From contig OZ316891.1 of the NCBI GenBank assembly GCA_973895155.1, forward strand, positions 18,533,987 to 18,597,986: 64,000 nt of DNA. Direction: 5' to 3'. This document shows positions 35,780 through 48,423 of this stretch, piece after piece (position 1 is the stretch's first letter; each line of letters opens with the position of its first letter). The notes beneath the pieces were generated by a model. It made no database searches and was not told the origin of the DNA. It saw only the letters and a program-made list of their open reading frames with translations. Origin of the DNA: Marsupella aquatica (Eukaryota; Plantae; Marchantiophyta). The translations under genes were made by a program, and so were the position numbers.

Positions 35780-38700
35780 AGCGCCCCCGCGAGCACCATA
35801 CTCCTCCTTAGCATAATACTTCTTTAGGCGTTCTTGATTAATCCGTGTGTTGAGTAGTTGCCCTTCCAGCGTTTTGAGCTGAACCAATCCGTTGGAGTAG
35901 ACCACATCCACAAGGTAGGGCCCCATCCAACGTGTATGTAGCTTCCCCGGGAAATGCATGAAACGACTGTCGTAGAGGAGCACCAAATCTCCCTCCTCAA
36001 TGGACACACGGCGTCGGGAATCGTAATGCAACTTCCGTTTGCCTTGTTGTTGCTCCGTGTGCGCCAGAGCCTCCTCTCGTACTTCCGTAAGTTGCTCTAA
36101 TTGTTGGAGTCGTGCAGCGACACTATTTTCTTGCCCTTCCCTTTCCTGTGTCAGGATTCGAATGGTGGGCACCTCAAATTCCACCGGCACCAAAGAATGT
36201 TGACCAAACACAAGGGAATAGGGGCTGTGGCCAGTGGTGGTCTTGTGAGCCAGGTTGTAGGCGTAAGTGGCAGCTAGCAACTTCAAATCCCAATCTGTTT
36301 TGTGAGCTGACACCGTCTTGTTGAGAATCTTGCCCATGATCCCGTTTGCTCTCTCAGTAAGCCCGTTGGCTCGTGGATGGTAACGGGTTGTCTTCCTATG
36401 GGAGACCAAGTAGTTCTCCATTAGACGCTCAATTGTATGATTGAGAAAATTAGTACCCCTATCACTTACCAGCTCCAAGGGCCCTGGGCCCCCACTCTTA
36501 GGTAAAATGGGTCGGACGTGAGAATGATTCAAGGGTCGATTTAATTCATGTTGAAGTAATTTTTAGAATTGGCTTGTAACTAAGCAACCCACTCTTTTAT
36601 ACAAATGTCACTTTCCAAATAAGGAAGAGCACTTGATATTCCGCTCCCATTTGTTTTTGGGAAGGGGGTATATAATCATCTCCGCCACACGGCATCATCT
36701 TAGTGGTACACGTGGCATCATCTATAGGTACACATGTCTATGCCTTTTGGTATGCCGTTGTAAGTTGTGGCGGGGTTGTGGGGTTTAGGGTGGGTGTTTT
36801 GAACTACCCTGTGAGGAAACACATGGGGCAAATCCCTGCCCATTGGATCCGAGGGAGGGAAGATCTTTGAACAAAGAAAATGTAACTAATGAAGCCTATA
36901 TAAAAATCCTCAAATCTGGATTTTATAATTATCTCAAGGATATTAAGTATTGTCAAAATATATTTTTGTCTAAATAACAAGGCAAATTTTTATTGTTTAA
37001 AAAATAATAACAAGGGGTACTAGAGGGGGGTCTGTTCACAGGGGGGTAGAGATTTCTTAGTGGGAGTGGGGGCCCAGGGTCCAAGGGTGGGCCGAACCGT
37101 GTAAAAATCTGCTCATACAAAAACCGTGCTGTTGTGTTGGCATCATCTTTTGCAGTTGCTCGGGCCTCCACCCACTTGGTAGCATAGTCCGTAGCTAGGA
37201 TGATATACCTCTTCCTTCCCCTCTGTGTGATGGGAGTGAACGGACCAATGAAGTCCACTCCCCACTTCTCAAATGGGGCAAGAGGGAGGATTGGCACCAA
37301 TGGATGTCGTGAGGAGGGGCCAGGTTTCCCTTGGCGTTGGCAGGGGTCACATCTCTGGATGTACCGGTGCCGGGACCGGTGCACATCCCGAAAAAGAGTT
37401 GGCCACCAATATCCCGCATCCAGTATCTTTCTAGCAGTTGTCTCCCGAGCAAAGTGACCTCCTGCTTCCTCCTCATGTAGTGCTACCATGATGGTACGTA
37501 TCTCAGCTTCCTCCAAACAACGACGAAATCGGCCATCCATGCCGTACTTGTGTAGTACTCCTTTCACAAGCAAGTAGGGACCCGTCTTACATAAAAATAC
37601 TGCTGCACGTTCCGGATCTAACCGTAATGGAACCTTAGCTATACGGAGAAATTCAAAAATTTCTTCATACCAAGTAATGGCCTCCGTAGTCACCCTGAAG
37701 ACTTCTTCATCGGGAAAACGATCATCAATCTCTTGAGAGTCAGATGCTCCCTCAATACATGAGAAGAAGTTAGCATTGCTGTGACTCTTCCCGGATCTCA
37801 CCCTCACCTCATAGTTGAACTCCTGCAATAATAGGACCCAACGTGCAATTCTCCCCGACAAGTCTGGCTTGTTGACCATGTACTTCAAACTATTGTGATC
37901 CGTGTGGAACACAACCTTGTAACCCAACAAATAATGATGATACTTCTTACAAGCATAAATGATACCAAGAGCCTCCCTATCGGTGGGTGAGTAGTTTTTC
38001 TCTGCCGGGGCCAACTACCTACTGGCAAAGTAGATGGGATGATCCCTCCCATCATCATCCAACTGACTCAAGACGGTACCGATGCAAAACCCTGATACGT
38101 CCACGTAAACATGGAACTCCTTATTCCAATTAGGCGTAATGAGTACGGGAGCCTCTAGCAAACGTTTCTTCAATTCATCAAAAGTAGCTTGTCGGGAAGG
38201 AGTAGGTTCAAATTCACTTCCCTTCTTCAACATGGATGTGAGTGACATGGCTACCTTGGCAAAGTCATGAGTCGTTGAATCATGCCAGGGGCATTGCACA
38301 ACCCAAAAGGCATTCGACGGAATGCAAAAATCCCCCACTCCGTGGTGAAAGCCGTCTTGAGTTGATCCTCCTCTCGTATCCAGATTTGATTGTATCCAGA
38401 GTAGCCATCTAGGAAGCTGTAAATCTCCCAACCAGCCACCATATCCAACACAATATCAGTAAACGGCAACGGGTAGTGATCCTTCTTGGTGGCCTCATTC
38501 AACTTCCAAAAATCTTGACACACCCGTATTTTCACCTTCCCGTCCGGCCCCTTCTTCTTGGGCACTATCACGATGGGTGATACCCACTCACTATGCACAA
38601 CCGGATAAATGAATCCTGCATCTAACAGACGGTCAATCTCCTCCTTCACCATGAGTGAGTACTTGGAATTGAGACGGTATTGGCGTTGCCTCACTGGCCG

Positions 38701-40360
38701 TGCTACAGACATCAAGTCAATGCTATGCTCACCAAACTCAGGTGGCACTCCCTTCAAATCTTGGTGGCTCCATGCAAATACGTCTTGATACTCCTTTAAC
38801 AACTCTTGAATAGTGCTTTGCTCCGTAGCATCCAGCTTGCTACCAATGTTGAGTGTCTTGCCTTCACCCACCTCCACCTTGGTGTACTGCTCCGGCCTGA
38901 TCACGTCCAGCTTGTTACGTGTCTCCTCATCAAAAGTCTCCTCCAACCGTGCTAGTCGCATTCCTCCGTACACTGGTGCATCACTATCCTGTTGGTCTGG
39001 CTGAGTTGGGGGTGGGTCTTTTGTCACATGGGCCATCATTTTTTCCACGTCAGATTCTTTGTAATGTGACAGTAGCTCCTCTCTTAATTCTTCATCCAAG
39101 AGGTCATTCAGCCACTCCTCCCTTCGTTCATCGTCAAACAGAATGGCTTGAGCTTCCTGCCCCTCCTCCTCCGTTTGTTCCTCCTCCATTTGTTCCTCCT
39201 CTTGAGTATCAACAAGTTGGGCCAGGGGTGGTGTAGGTGGCTCTTCCCTGGTTTTCCTCTACACAACATAACTTTGGTCAAGTGGTACTTCCGTAATTTC
39301 CTCCTCAATGGTAGCAGCTTGTGGGCCAAAGACATCTTCCTCCGTCAGATGAGAAATCAACTTCACCATGTATACTTCATCCTCGTCTTCATCCGAGGTG
39401 ACCTCGGGATCATATTGCTCTTCCATAGAGGTAGTCTCCCCCTGAGGTGACTCCGCTGACCAGGGAATGATAATAGTGGGGGTACCAAACCGAAACTGCC
39501 GTTTGCCCCAATCGCTGGTTACTTTAGCCACATACAACCAAGGACGACCAATTAGTATGGGAAAACCGTATGGCCTGACTGGCCGCATTACCAAGTAATT
39601 GAGGGGAAAGGATCTCCCTCCAATCATTGTTGGAATCTTGGTGAGACAACCCAACGGGACCACTCGTGCCCCATCTGCCAGCCTCATGGCACGTGCTGGT
39701 GGCTCCAACTCCGTATATCCCAACCGATTGGCTGTCTCCTCGGTCATGATGTTGACTCCTGAGCCGCCATCCACCGGTACAAACCGTATTGCACATCCGT
39801 TGATGTCCATCGTGACCTCTGGGGCACCCAAATCCTCCGTGACCCAATTGACTTGTATGGGGTCAGCCCCGACTCTTGGCAACCTTCTTCTACGCCGCCT
39901 CCCCATGAGCATCTCCTTGACTTGACGGCGGTAGAGGGAACTATCATGTAAGAGTTGACCAATGGTAGCAGTGACCGGGCAATGTAGAATGTCTTGGCCA
40001 ATATTGTACGCTGTTGCAGGAGGTATGGGTGGGATGACGTCCTCTCTTGGTTTCCACCGAACAACCTTCTCCTCCGCTTTCTTTCTAGCCTTTGCCTCCT
40101 CCAGGTCTTTGTCAATGGCCGCTTGCATTTCTTGTGCTTCTAGCTCCTCTAGCTGCTTACGTACTTCCTCCCCCACCTTGGGGTAAAACAACTTGGGGTT
40201 ATCCCGGTCAAAGTCGCTATCTTCCATGGGTGGCACCTCCGGTTTGTGTGAGGTGCCCGATGTGGAAGCTTGATGCACCTCCTTGTACTTCTGCTTGAGT
40301 TCAGACTTATCCTTCTTTTTCCTAGACCGAGTGGAGACCCAGTAACAAGAGTAGTGTCTC
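35780..40360 (-). pseudogene. Gypsy gag-pol remnant: protease, RT (internally deleted), RNase H, integrase
   Basis: PR VDGGSGVNIM. RT LDGYSGYNQI and MPFGLCNAP, with the YxDD segment missing. RH YVDVSG and TDHNSL. IN H..GGH...CDPC, GVDFIGP, SDRG, NGLTERAN, WMGPY. Confidence 0.93.
36482..37079. mobile_element. Non-autonomous TIR element (MITE, 598 bp) inserted in the integrase
   Basis: 16-bp TIR CCCTGGGCCCCCACTC. 8-bp TSD TCCAAGGG at 36474-36481 and 37080-37087. Removal restores RFGPPLELVSDRG. Confidence 0.93.
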
Positions 40361-42849
40361 CCCCGGTACCCCTGCCTCCTCAATAGAGGTCAAGGTACCC
40401 CCCGGCTTGGTACCCTTGGCACCCTCAGCTCCTGCTGCCCGATGTACCCCCAGCTCCTCCCTGCTCGTGGTACCCTCCTACTCGTGGTACCCTGCTGCTC
40501 GTGGTACCCCCTATTTGCCCTGCCTTGGCTCGCGGTACCCCCGGTACCCTCCTGTCTTCTGGCTCGCGGTACCCCCAGTACCCTCCTATCTTCTGGCTCG
40601 CGGTACCCCCGGTACCCCTGCCTTGTTCTCCCACAAGACCCAAGAGAGCAAAGGGTGAATTAAAAAATTAGTTCCTCCCGGGTTCAAATAGCTCCGGCCC
40701 CTCCAAAGCCACATGAACACCCACCGGGCTGAGTAACTTTTAAGAAAATAAAGAATTTAAAAAAAAAACTTGTATATCTTGGCTTATTTATTTACATGCA
40801 TCATGCCAATAACACCAAACGGTGACTTTATGTGATAAGACTGTAAACACCATTAATCATCTTGTAAGGCACCAGATCTGCAGGCAAAGGTTCCTGACCG
40901 GCATTTGAAATCATCAATTGAACAAGATGGTTGACATGGTCTTTGTTGAGTAACCGCTCATTCATTTTTGCCGGCGGAGGATAGATATTCATCAAAGGAA
41001 CGAGGAAAAATTTTGACAGCCCAAAAGAATACCAGCATTGGTTTTGCTGCAAAGTCTTTTCTGCCCTCTCAAGTCTGGCTCGATCAACGATTACTTTAGA
41101 ACTCGAGTCAGCATTTATCTCTCCCATGTCATCGACGACATCCATCTCAATCATCTCCACTTTCTTACGTTGTTTCTTCGGGATTGGGACACCGGTTTCC
41201 GGTGCCTCTTCTGTTCCCTCAGTCTCTCTTTTGCAGCCCCTTCCACGCTTGGACTTCTTCGATCTTGTCACCCCATGGTATGTGGATACGTCTTGCACTT
41301 GAGTATTGACCTTTTGAGATTTTGAAGGCACCTTCTGTTTCACGACAGCGGAAGGTGTTGCAGTGGAAGCCTTACGAGACAAATCCTTCTTAACGACACC
41401 TTTTGATACGGGTTTTGCTATCTCTTCCACAACTGCCTGCTTCTTTTGAGCCTTCTTCCTGATAGCCTTCTTTTGTTCTGGCATTTCGGCCGCTTTATAC
41501 TTCTTCTGTGGTTGTTTGGACTTTGTGATCTGTGGCCCTTTCACCTCAGTAGAGCTAGTGCGGATTTTTGCCTGAGGGACATTAGCTTTCCCAACCTTCT
41601 CTGGAAGAGCAATCTTTGAAGACAATCTCTTCTTCTTGGAAGGAGGAGCGTCTTCTTCCATTCGCTTTCTTTTCTTTTTCTTTTGCACCTCCATCTCAGT
41701 CTCAGAGTCCTTTTCCTCTTCAGCGTCTGAGCCTCCCACTTTCGCAAGTTCTTCATCCACGGCTTGGATCTCATCTTCAAAGATCTCCTCTGTTCCAACC
41801 AATTCAGGACTCAAAGAGTCACTGGGAACAATGCTCGGTTCATCTGATGTACCCTGTGAACTTGATGATCCTGAATCTAAACTCGACGATGATCCAGGTT
41901 CCTGTACAACTTTGCTTGCTTTGAGATTTGGGCCACCACCATGACGTCCATGCCTTTTCTGATTCAAATTGAAGGCCTTCACTACAGGATGGATCGCAAC
42001 CCAACGTTTAATCCTTTCCTCGTCAACTGGATCTGGGAAAGCAATTTCTGGAATGATCTCAATCTCCTGCCGGAGTTCATCTTCCGGTAAAGATAGAGAC
42101 ATAACGTAAACAACATGCCTGGTTGTAGAAAGGTGAGATTGATAATCTTTGAAGAACAAAAAACTAACCCTTCCTAGCCCTGAAACAATATCCTCAACAG
42201 TGAGAACATTATCTGGATCCATGAAACGATGAGAGGATGGATGAAAAAATCCTAAGGACGTTATGTTGATTGTCGCATCATTTGGCTCAAGACAATGTGT
42301 GCAACAATATTGTTCAACGGGAAGATAGAACTCTCTATATCCATAATTAATGCGGTCCTCCACCGTCACTGTCAGAAAGACCTTCCCCTTCTGGTGCTCT
42401 GGTGCTTTTGAAATCCTACAATCGGCAAGCACACCCAAGTACTTCCAAAACCTCTTGGGCTTGGCAATAACGATCCCCTGCAACCAACACCTCCAAGCGT
42501 CACCCTCCATACGCATTTCAAAAGACCATGAATTGACGATTGGATTTTGGTGGCTAACAATGCTTTGACTTAGCGACTGCGGTAGGCACGGGTGGCTGAA
42601 ACAAACATACGGGAATCCTAGGAAAGAACCAATACGGAAGATTTAGAACAGAGTCGAAGATGTCAAAACAAATGTTGAGATTTTATTATTCACAAAAATG
42701 GACAATCCGTCCAGAAAACAACTCATTCAACCAAAATGGACTTTGCCCGCTCGACTACCATCTTCTAAAGTTGGGGCACATATTCATTTGGGTGCCTCGA
42801 TATCCAACTAAACAACTCGTCTAGTACTAAGTCTTGACAGATGAGTTCT

Positions 42850-43703
42850 AGGGAAATGTCTCCTAGGCTGCTTCCTTCTTCAGCCTCTTGATAGTCTAGA
42901 GGTGGCCTTCCTCCTGGGCCGTCATGATAATCAGCTTCTTTGTGAGCGTTTGTATCTGACTCTCACAAAGCTCATCAAGCTTGGCGGCCTCCTTCATCAC
43001 TAGGCACAACTCCTGACATGTCTGAAGATGGTTCCGCTGAGCTCAAAAATATCTTCCAACATAATCCTTTCTAATCAAACTAATCTCTTCATCTTTCTCC
43101 TTCACAGTTTCTTGCAGGGTCTCAAGTTCCTCGAGGACATCCTCAGTCATTTGGGACTCCTTCTCATGTTTATCTTTGATCAATTTCAAATGTTTCAAGG
43201 CATTGTCGATTTGGCCTTCAAGGTAACAAATGAGCCTCAGGTGAGTAACATGCTCTACACGAGAGTTGCGTGAAAGCAAATGGAAATGATATTTACTCCA
43301 ACGCATTTTCATACGGAAGCATTGATGGGATGAGGATCGTCCAGGATCTACACGAGAGTCGCGTGAAGATAGAGATAAAAAACATCTAAAACTGATTCGG
43401 AGAAAAAGACTGAGGGTTACCTTCAAGCATGATCTGTGCATTCACGGCATAGTACTGGAGCTCATCTACACGAGTCTCGTGTAGAAAACTTAGTAATTAC
43501 TAGGTATCGCATACAACAAATAAATCTAATAGGATAATGTCTACACGAGACTCGTGTGGAAGGAACCGCTGAAATTTGAAATAAAAACAAACAACAAAAA
43601 GAAAAACTAAAGATCTACACGAGTGTCATGTGGAAATACCTTCAACTCTGGTGAAAGCTGCGACCGACATCTCCCGGACCTCTGATTCGGATAGATTTGC
43701 CAT
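42850..43703 (-). pseudogene. Small coiled-coil gene remnant of the giant element
   Basis: YLEGQIDNALKHLKLIKDKHEKE...LEELETLQETVKEKDEEISLIR, continuing past stop codons. Confidence 0.4.
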
Positions 43704-44281
43704 GAGACCTCTTTGCACGTGTGAAAAAATTCACAAAATATGGATGGAATTGAGCAGAACTCAGAGGGAGAGACGAATGAGCAAAAGGGCGGAGAATGAG
43801 CGAGAGGGCAAAGATGAAGGAATGAGTGAATGAGCAAATCTCCTTAAAATATATACCTAACACGAGGAATGGGCGAGCGTGAAAATGGGCCGGCGTGAAG
43901 CGTGAAGACATCATTAAGAGCGCCGCCAAAAATATCGACGAATCTTACTAGACGACAATCGTGCAGAGCTATCAGCCTGTCACATTCAAGCAGATGTGCT
44001 TACTCTTTTGTCATTATCTGTTGTCATTATCTGACATGATTAATTGCGCCGCCAAAATATTGGAAAATCAGACCACACGACAATCTAGCAGAGCGGCCAC
44101 CCTATCATTCTTTACCATTATATTCGGGATTTCTATCTGGGAATGGTATTTATCGATTAGTCGTCCTGATTCTCTAGTCATTCTCTCGCCAGACGTGAAT
44201 GGTTCCGAGGACAGGTTTTGGCACGGGTTTGAGTCCAAGGACTGCTTCTGGGCACCCAATCGGTACGTCCCTTCTGGGATT

Positions 44282-44356
44282 TCATTCCTGTGACTGTCTC
44301 ATTCCTGTGATTGTCTCATTCCTGTGACTGTCTGCCCGGTCAGTGTCTCATTCCTA
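44282..44356. repeat. 17-bp tandem repeat (tcattcctgtgactgtc)
   Basis: Three to four copies are visible. A separate degenerate ggaatttgtaccc repeat lies at ~44640-44725. Confidence 0.8.
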
Positions 44357-47300
44357 TCACTCTTGGAGAATGTTTTTTAGGACAATTATTTGTACCTCAT
44401 TTCTTTCAAAAGTTCTACTAAATAGGGGTACTGTAATAGGATATTTAGGATTTCAAAGAGGAATTAGACCTCATTTCTTCCATAACTGCCCTAATTTTAG
44501 AATTAGACTTCATTTTTTCTTAATTGAAGACGATTGAGGGTCCTGACATGGGTTATGTCTTGGTCTTGAGGAATTGGACTTCAATTGTAACACAATTTAT
44601 CAGTTGGGTGGTTCCTTAATGTGATATTACATGGATTGGGGATTTGTACCCTATTGGAATTTGTACCCTAATGGAATTTGTACACTAGTGGACCTTTTAC
44701 CCTGTTGGAATTTGTACCTTGTTGGACTTTTCTTCTCTCTTAGAGTGAAGCATCGAATAATAGTGGGTCCTTTCCTTCTTCTTGTGGGACTTTTTGTCAT
44801 AAATGCATATGATTGTGATAATTCCGTTATGTTTGGGAGATGTTTAGACGTAAGCTGATGCTCTACACGAGGCTCGCATAGCCATCGAACCTCCTTGTGT
44901 TTCCTTCCACTACCTGTATGCGTTAATAATTCTACACGAGCCTCGTGTTGAGGGATACTACCGTGCATGTTTTATTCTGGTTAACCAGGTCTTTTCCTGC
45001 CGGTGAATAATTCCCATCACAACTACATTTTCACATTTCGGGACCAGGTGTAACCTAACCCAAGAAGACTTTCGTTCCATTAAAGTCGGACTATATGTCG
45101 TTAATCTCCGGACTGTTGTCGGATGTCGTCCGGAGATTCGACGGGATCAGATAACGTCGATTGTCATGACGTTAAGTTTACGTCCTTTAAGACACGGTAA
45201 GTTACCTCGTATCATACGTTGTACCTCTCATTACGTCTTCCTAGACGAGGTAACTTACCTGTTTCCTAAAGACGTAAATTAGAACGATGTATAGGACAAC
45301 GTCCATAATTTTAGGCATTTGGAATGACGTATCTGCAGATACGTCGTCATAGAATACCATACGTACATTGGGGAAAACGGCGTTAATTCCACATATCAGC
45401 GTTGGACAAACTCAACTATAGGTGAGAGGCTCATTATAGCCAGCATTCCCGAGTGAAGACATCAAAGTGTAGAGAAGTTGAACCGTGGGAGGCAAAGTGT
45501 TCAGCTATGGTGCGGAAGTTCTTTGCAAATGTGCATTGTTGTTTCCTCCCACTTGGTGAGGAGGAGAAGATGGTTTGAGGGTTCTTTTGCCGTGGAGGGC
45601 TTGTTGACAAGCTATGTACCTCACAGGCTTGTTGACAAGCTATGTACCTCACAGACCGATTTCTTGATTGCAAATACGTGGAAATAGGTTGTGGAGCACT
45701 TCAGTGACTATGCTGGCTTGATCGAGCATTTCGCTGAAACCTTGCATTTCATCTCTACTCGGTGGGTAGAGTGCTCCATTCTTGTCAACAAGCAGCTGGA
45801 CCCAGGAGAGTTCTTGTTGCATCCAAGCAGTGATCGTGGTTTGGAAGATTCGCCCGAGGATGATGATGGTGAGGCCTACCCTCCCACCTTGTCTAAATGT
45901 GAGCTGTCACCCATTGAACTTCAGATTGCTATGTTTGATTACAAGGAAAGTTGTGCAGCCAAGGTGGAGGCTTAGAGGCTACAGGCCAGTGAAGCTGTTG
46001 TCCGGAAGAATTGGAATGCCAGCCAAAGGCGTGCTTCATACAACAAGAGGATTGAAAGTGGATGAGGAGTACTACTGGTCTGGAGAAGGGACTCCTTAAT
46101 CAACATCAGTTTGGAGGGAGGTTGTAGAGGGATGACCATGACTCATGTAAGCTACATTTGCAGTAGAAAGGATGGTAGAGCTATAGTGTATCTCTATTTG
46201 GTCTATGTGCAACAATAAACACATCCATGAATGTTATTTGTTGCAAAAATTGTGTGGTTTGAATGTTGTATCTTTTTCCTATGATTAACGTCAAAAATCA
46301 TTTGTTACGTTGAATGAAACATCGTATGTAAATTGCTAACGTCGTTATACTCGTGGTAATATAATTTTGTCTCTACATACATCGTTAAGTACGTCATTTT
46401 TACCTTGTTACAAAGTTTAGGGCGACGTTAAAGAGAGTTATAACGTTGGATAATGGTTCGGTACACGACGTTGAATCGTGTTACGTCAAGGAGGCATAGC
46501 TATAAACGACGTAAAAAATTGTGCATCGACGTAAAATTCCAAGGATGACATTAATGACAAGTATCCCTTGTAGCAGAAGGCCGAGGGATCATGTGCATAA
46601 ATGTATGGTTGTTACTTGTTTCTTTACCAAGTTATTAACACAAGCCCATCCCACTCTCCAAATACATAGATGCCTAGGCCATGAAATATGTGTGTTTATA
46701 TGCGAGGAGTGACAATAGTCAATACAAATGGCGATAGTGAGTCTATCATGTCAATCCTCATCGTCTGCAAGAGCTGATGGCATGAAGCCCTTCCTACGGC
46801 GTGGAAAGATGGGAATCACAATGGACCATCCTCCCATGGTCTGCATCGGAACCATAATGCATTGATCCACTTGGCTAGGAAAAACTATAGTGTCACTACA
46901 CTCAGTCCCGCTTGGTGCAACACGGGTCGTGTCCACACGATAAAATCCACACTCATCCTTCACCATGGTAGCTCTTGCTGGAGGTGACATGATGGACTTG
47001 TGCCACCTCACCTCTAACACTGTGGTGGTAAACGAGCCAAAATTAACATCCAAAATATCCAAGACTATGCCACAATAAGGAACCTCAACATCACCTACAT
47101 CGGTCACCATTTATACTCCAGAGTTACAAGTACTCTTCTTCATATGGTCCGTCCTCCAAGTCCGAAAGTGGTGCCCTGACTCATACATGTGAGTATGAGT
47201 CATAGCCCACATCGAAGGCCCCCTAATGATGTTTTGTACATCAATGGGAATGAATGTAGGGCCATGCACTGCCAGGAGCCCCTCCATGCACTCCAAGGCC

Positions 47301-48423
47301 CATATGCGAAATGATGCATGAACACGCTCTCGTGCTGCCCCTATCCGCTACTGCTCCACCCATGCCCTGCAAGTACTGGGTCACATATACATTAGTGACC
47401 ACCCTAAACCCTAAACCTTGAATGTACATTTCAAATCTAAGTAGGACTCAACATGAAGGATTACGTCCCTACCTATACAACTCTCTCCAATCTGACATCT
47501 CCGTGCGGTTCTCCAACACATAATTGTGGATCTGTCGGCAAAAAATGTCATCATGTAATGATCTCTTCTTTGACGCGCCCATCACTCGCAACCCACCGTT
47601 GTCATCATCTTGTGCCTCTTCCCAAGCTGTGGGAGCCTATGTGTCCAAACTTCTTATCACCCCGCTTGAGTAGAACAGGCACTCCGACATGATATACCCT
47701 GTTGCCATACTTCCCTCTGGTCGAGCGGGTTGGTTCACCCAAGACTTTAGCACTTTCATGAACCGCTCTACCCAATACATCCACCGCGCATGCACTGGAC
47801 CAGCAATGGCTACCTCGTCCACCAAATGACATAGCAAATGCAACTGCACGTCAAAAATACATGGGGGAAACACCTTCTCCATATTGCACATAACACGGGC
47901 AGACCGTTCCCTCATCTCGGGAATCTCACTCTCCTTTATTTCCTTTGCGCATACCCACCTGTATGGGGTACTCAAAATTTTGTCAAATTATTAGTATGAT
48001 AAACATATGCAATGATCATAGCATAAATATATGCCAACAAGACTATGCTCACCTGAAAATGGAGCACAACTCATACACTGTATGTCAGAGTAGGCGTCGC
48101 TCTCTAGAATCATCGCAACAACGCAAGACAACAGGTAACACATGCTGAATCAACTTGTGATAATCATGAGACTTCAAGCCTATTGGGGGTATGTGGTCAT
48201 CCCTTGTAGTGCACCCACGGAAGCCGGCTCCGTAATGGCTAGGGAACTTCATTTCACATATCATCCCATTCATCTCCTTCAATATCTGTCTTGGCAAAAC
48301 CCAAGGAGCATGTGGCTTCTCCCCATCTCGAGTTATCCAACAACTCTTCACCACTCCAACCTGCTTTGCATCCTCTCGGACCCCACGAGTATCATTCATG
48401 CCATAAATGTGCTTCACCAGGTT

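Larger units (their letters stand above)
31232..40834 (-). mobile_element. Ty3/Gypsy retrotransposon (no chromodomain seen), 5' LTR and gag partly deleted
   Basis: 5-bp TSD ATAAG at 31227-31231 and 40835-40839. Domain order PR-RT-RH-IN. PPT aagagaggag at ~35762-35771 immediately precedes TGTGAC. Confidence 0.9.
30884..42516 (-). pseudogene. N-terminal region of the cargo gene (charged region + ParB-like domain), split by the Gypsy insertion at 31232-40834
   Basis: Rejoining gives ...NERLLNKDHVNHLVQLM...ADLVPY...GVYSLIDLSV...YFAISGQHSTMAAR, where GQHS resembles the ParB/Srx G(H/N)(H/R)R motif. The frame is restored when the insertion plus one ATAAG copy is removed. Confidence 0.6.

Noticed and set aside
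35742-40835. TC-starting ends (TCACATAAAG on the minus strand) suggesting Helitron 5' termini
   Set aside because: No CTRR 3' end or hairpin partner was found. The PPT, TG...CA ends and ATAAG TSD explain these as LTR sequence.
45430-46100. Short ORFs near the left end of CACTA-2, possibly another cargo gene
   Set aside because: Fragmentary with no recognisable motif, so no call can be supported.
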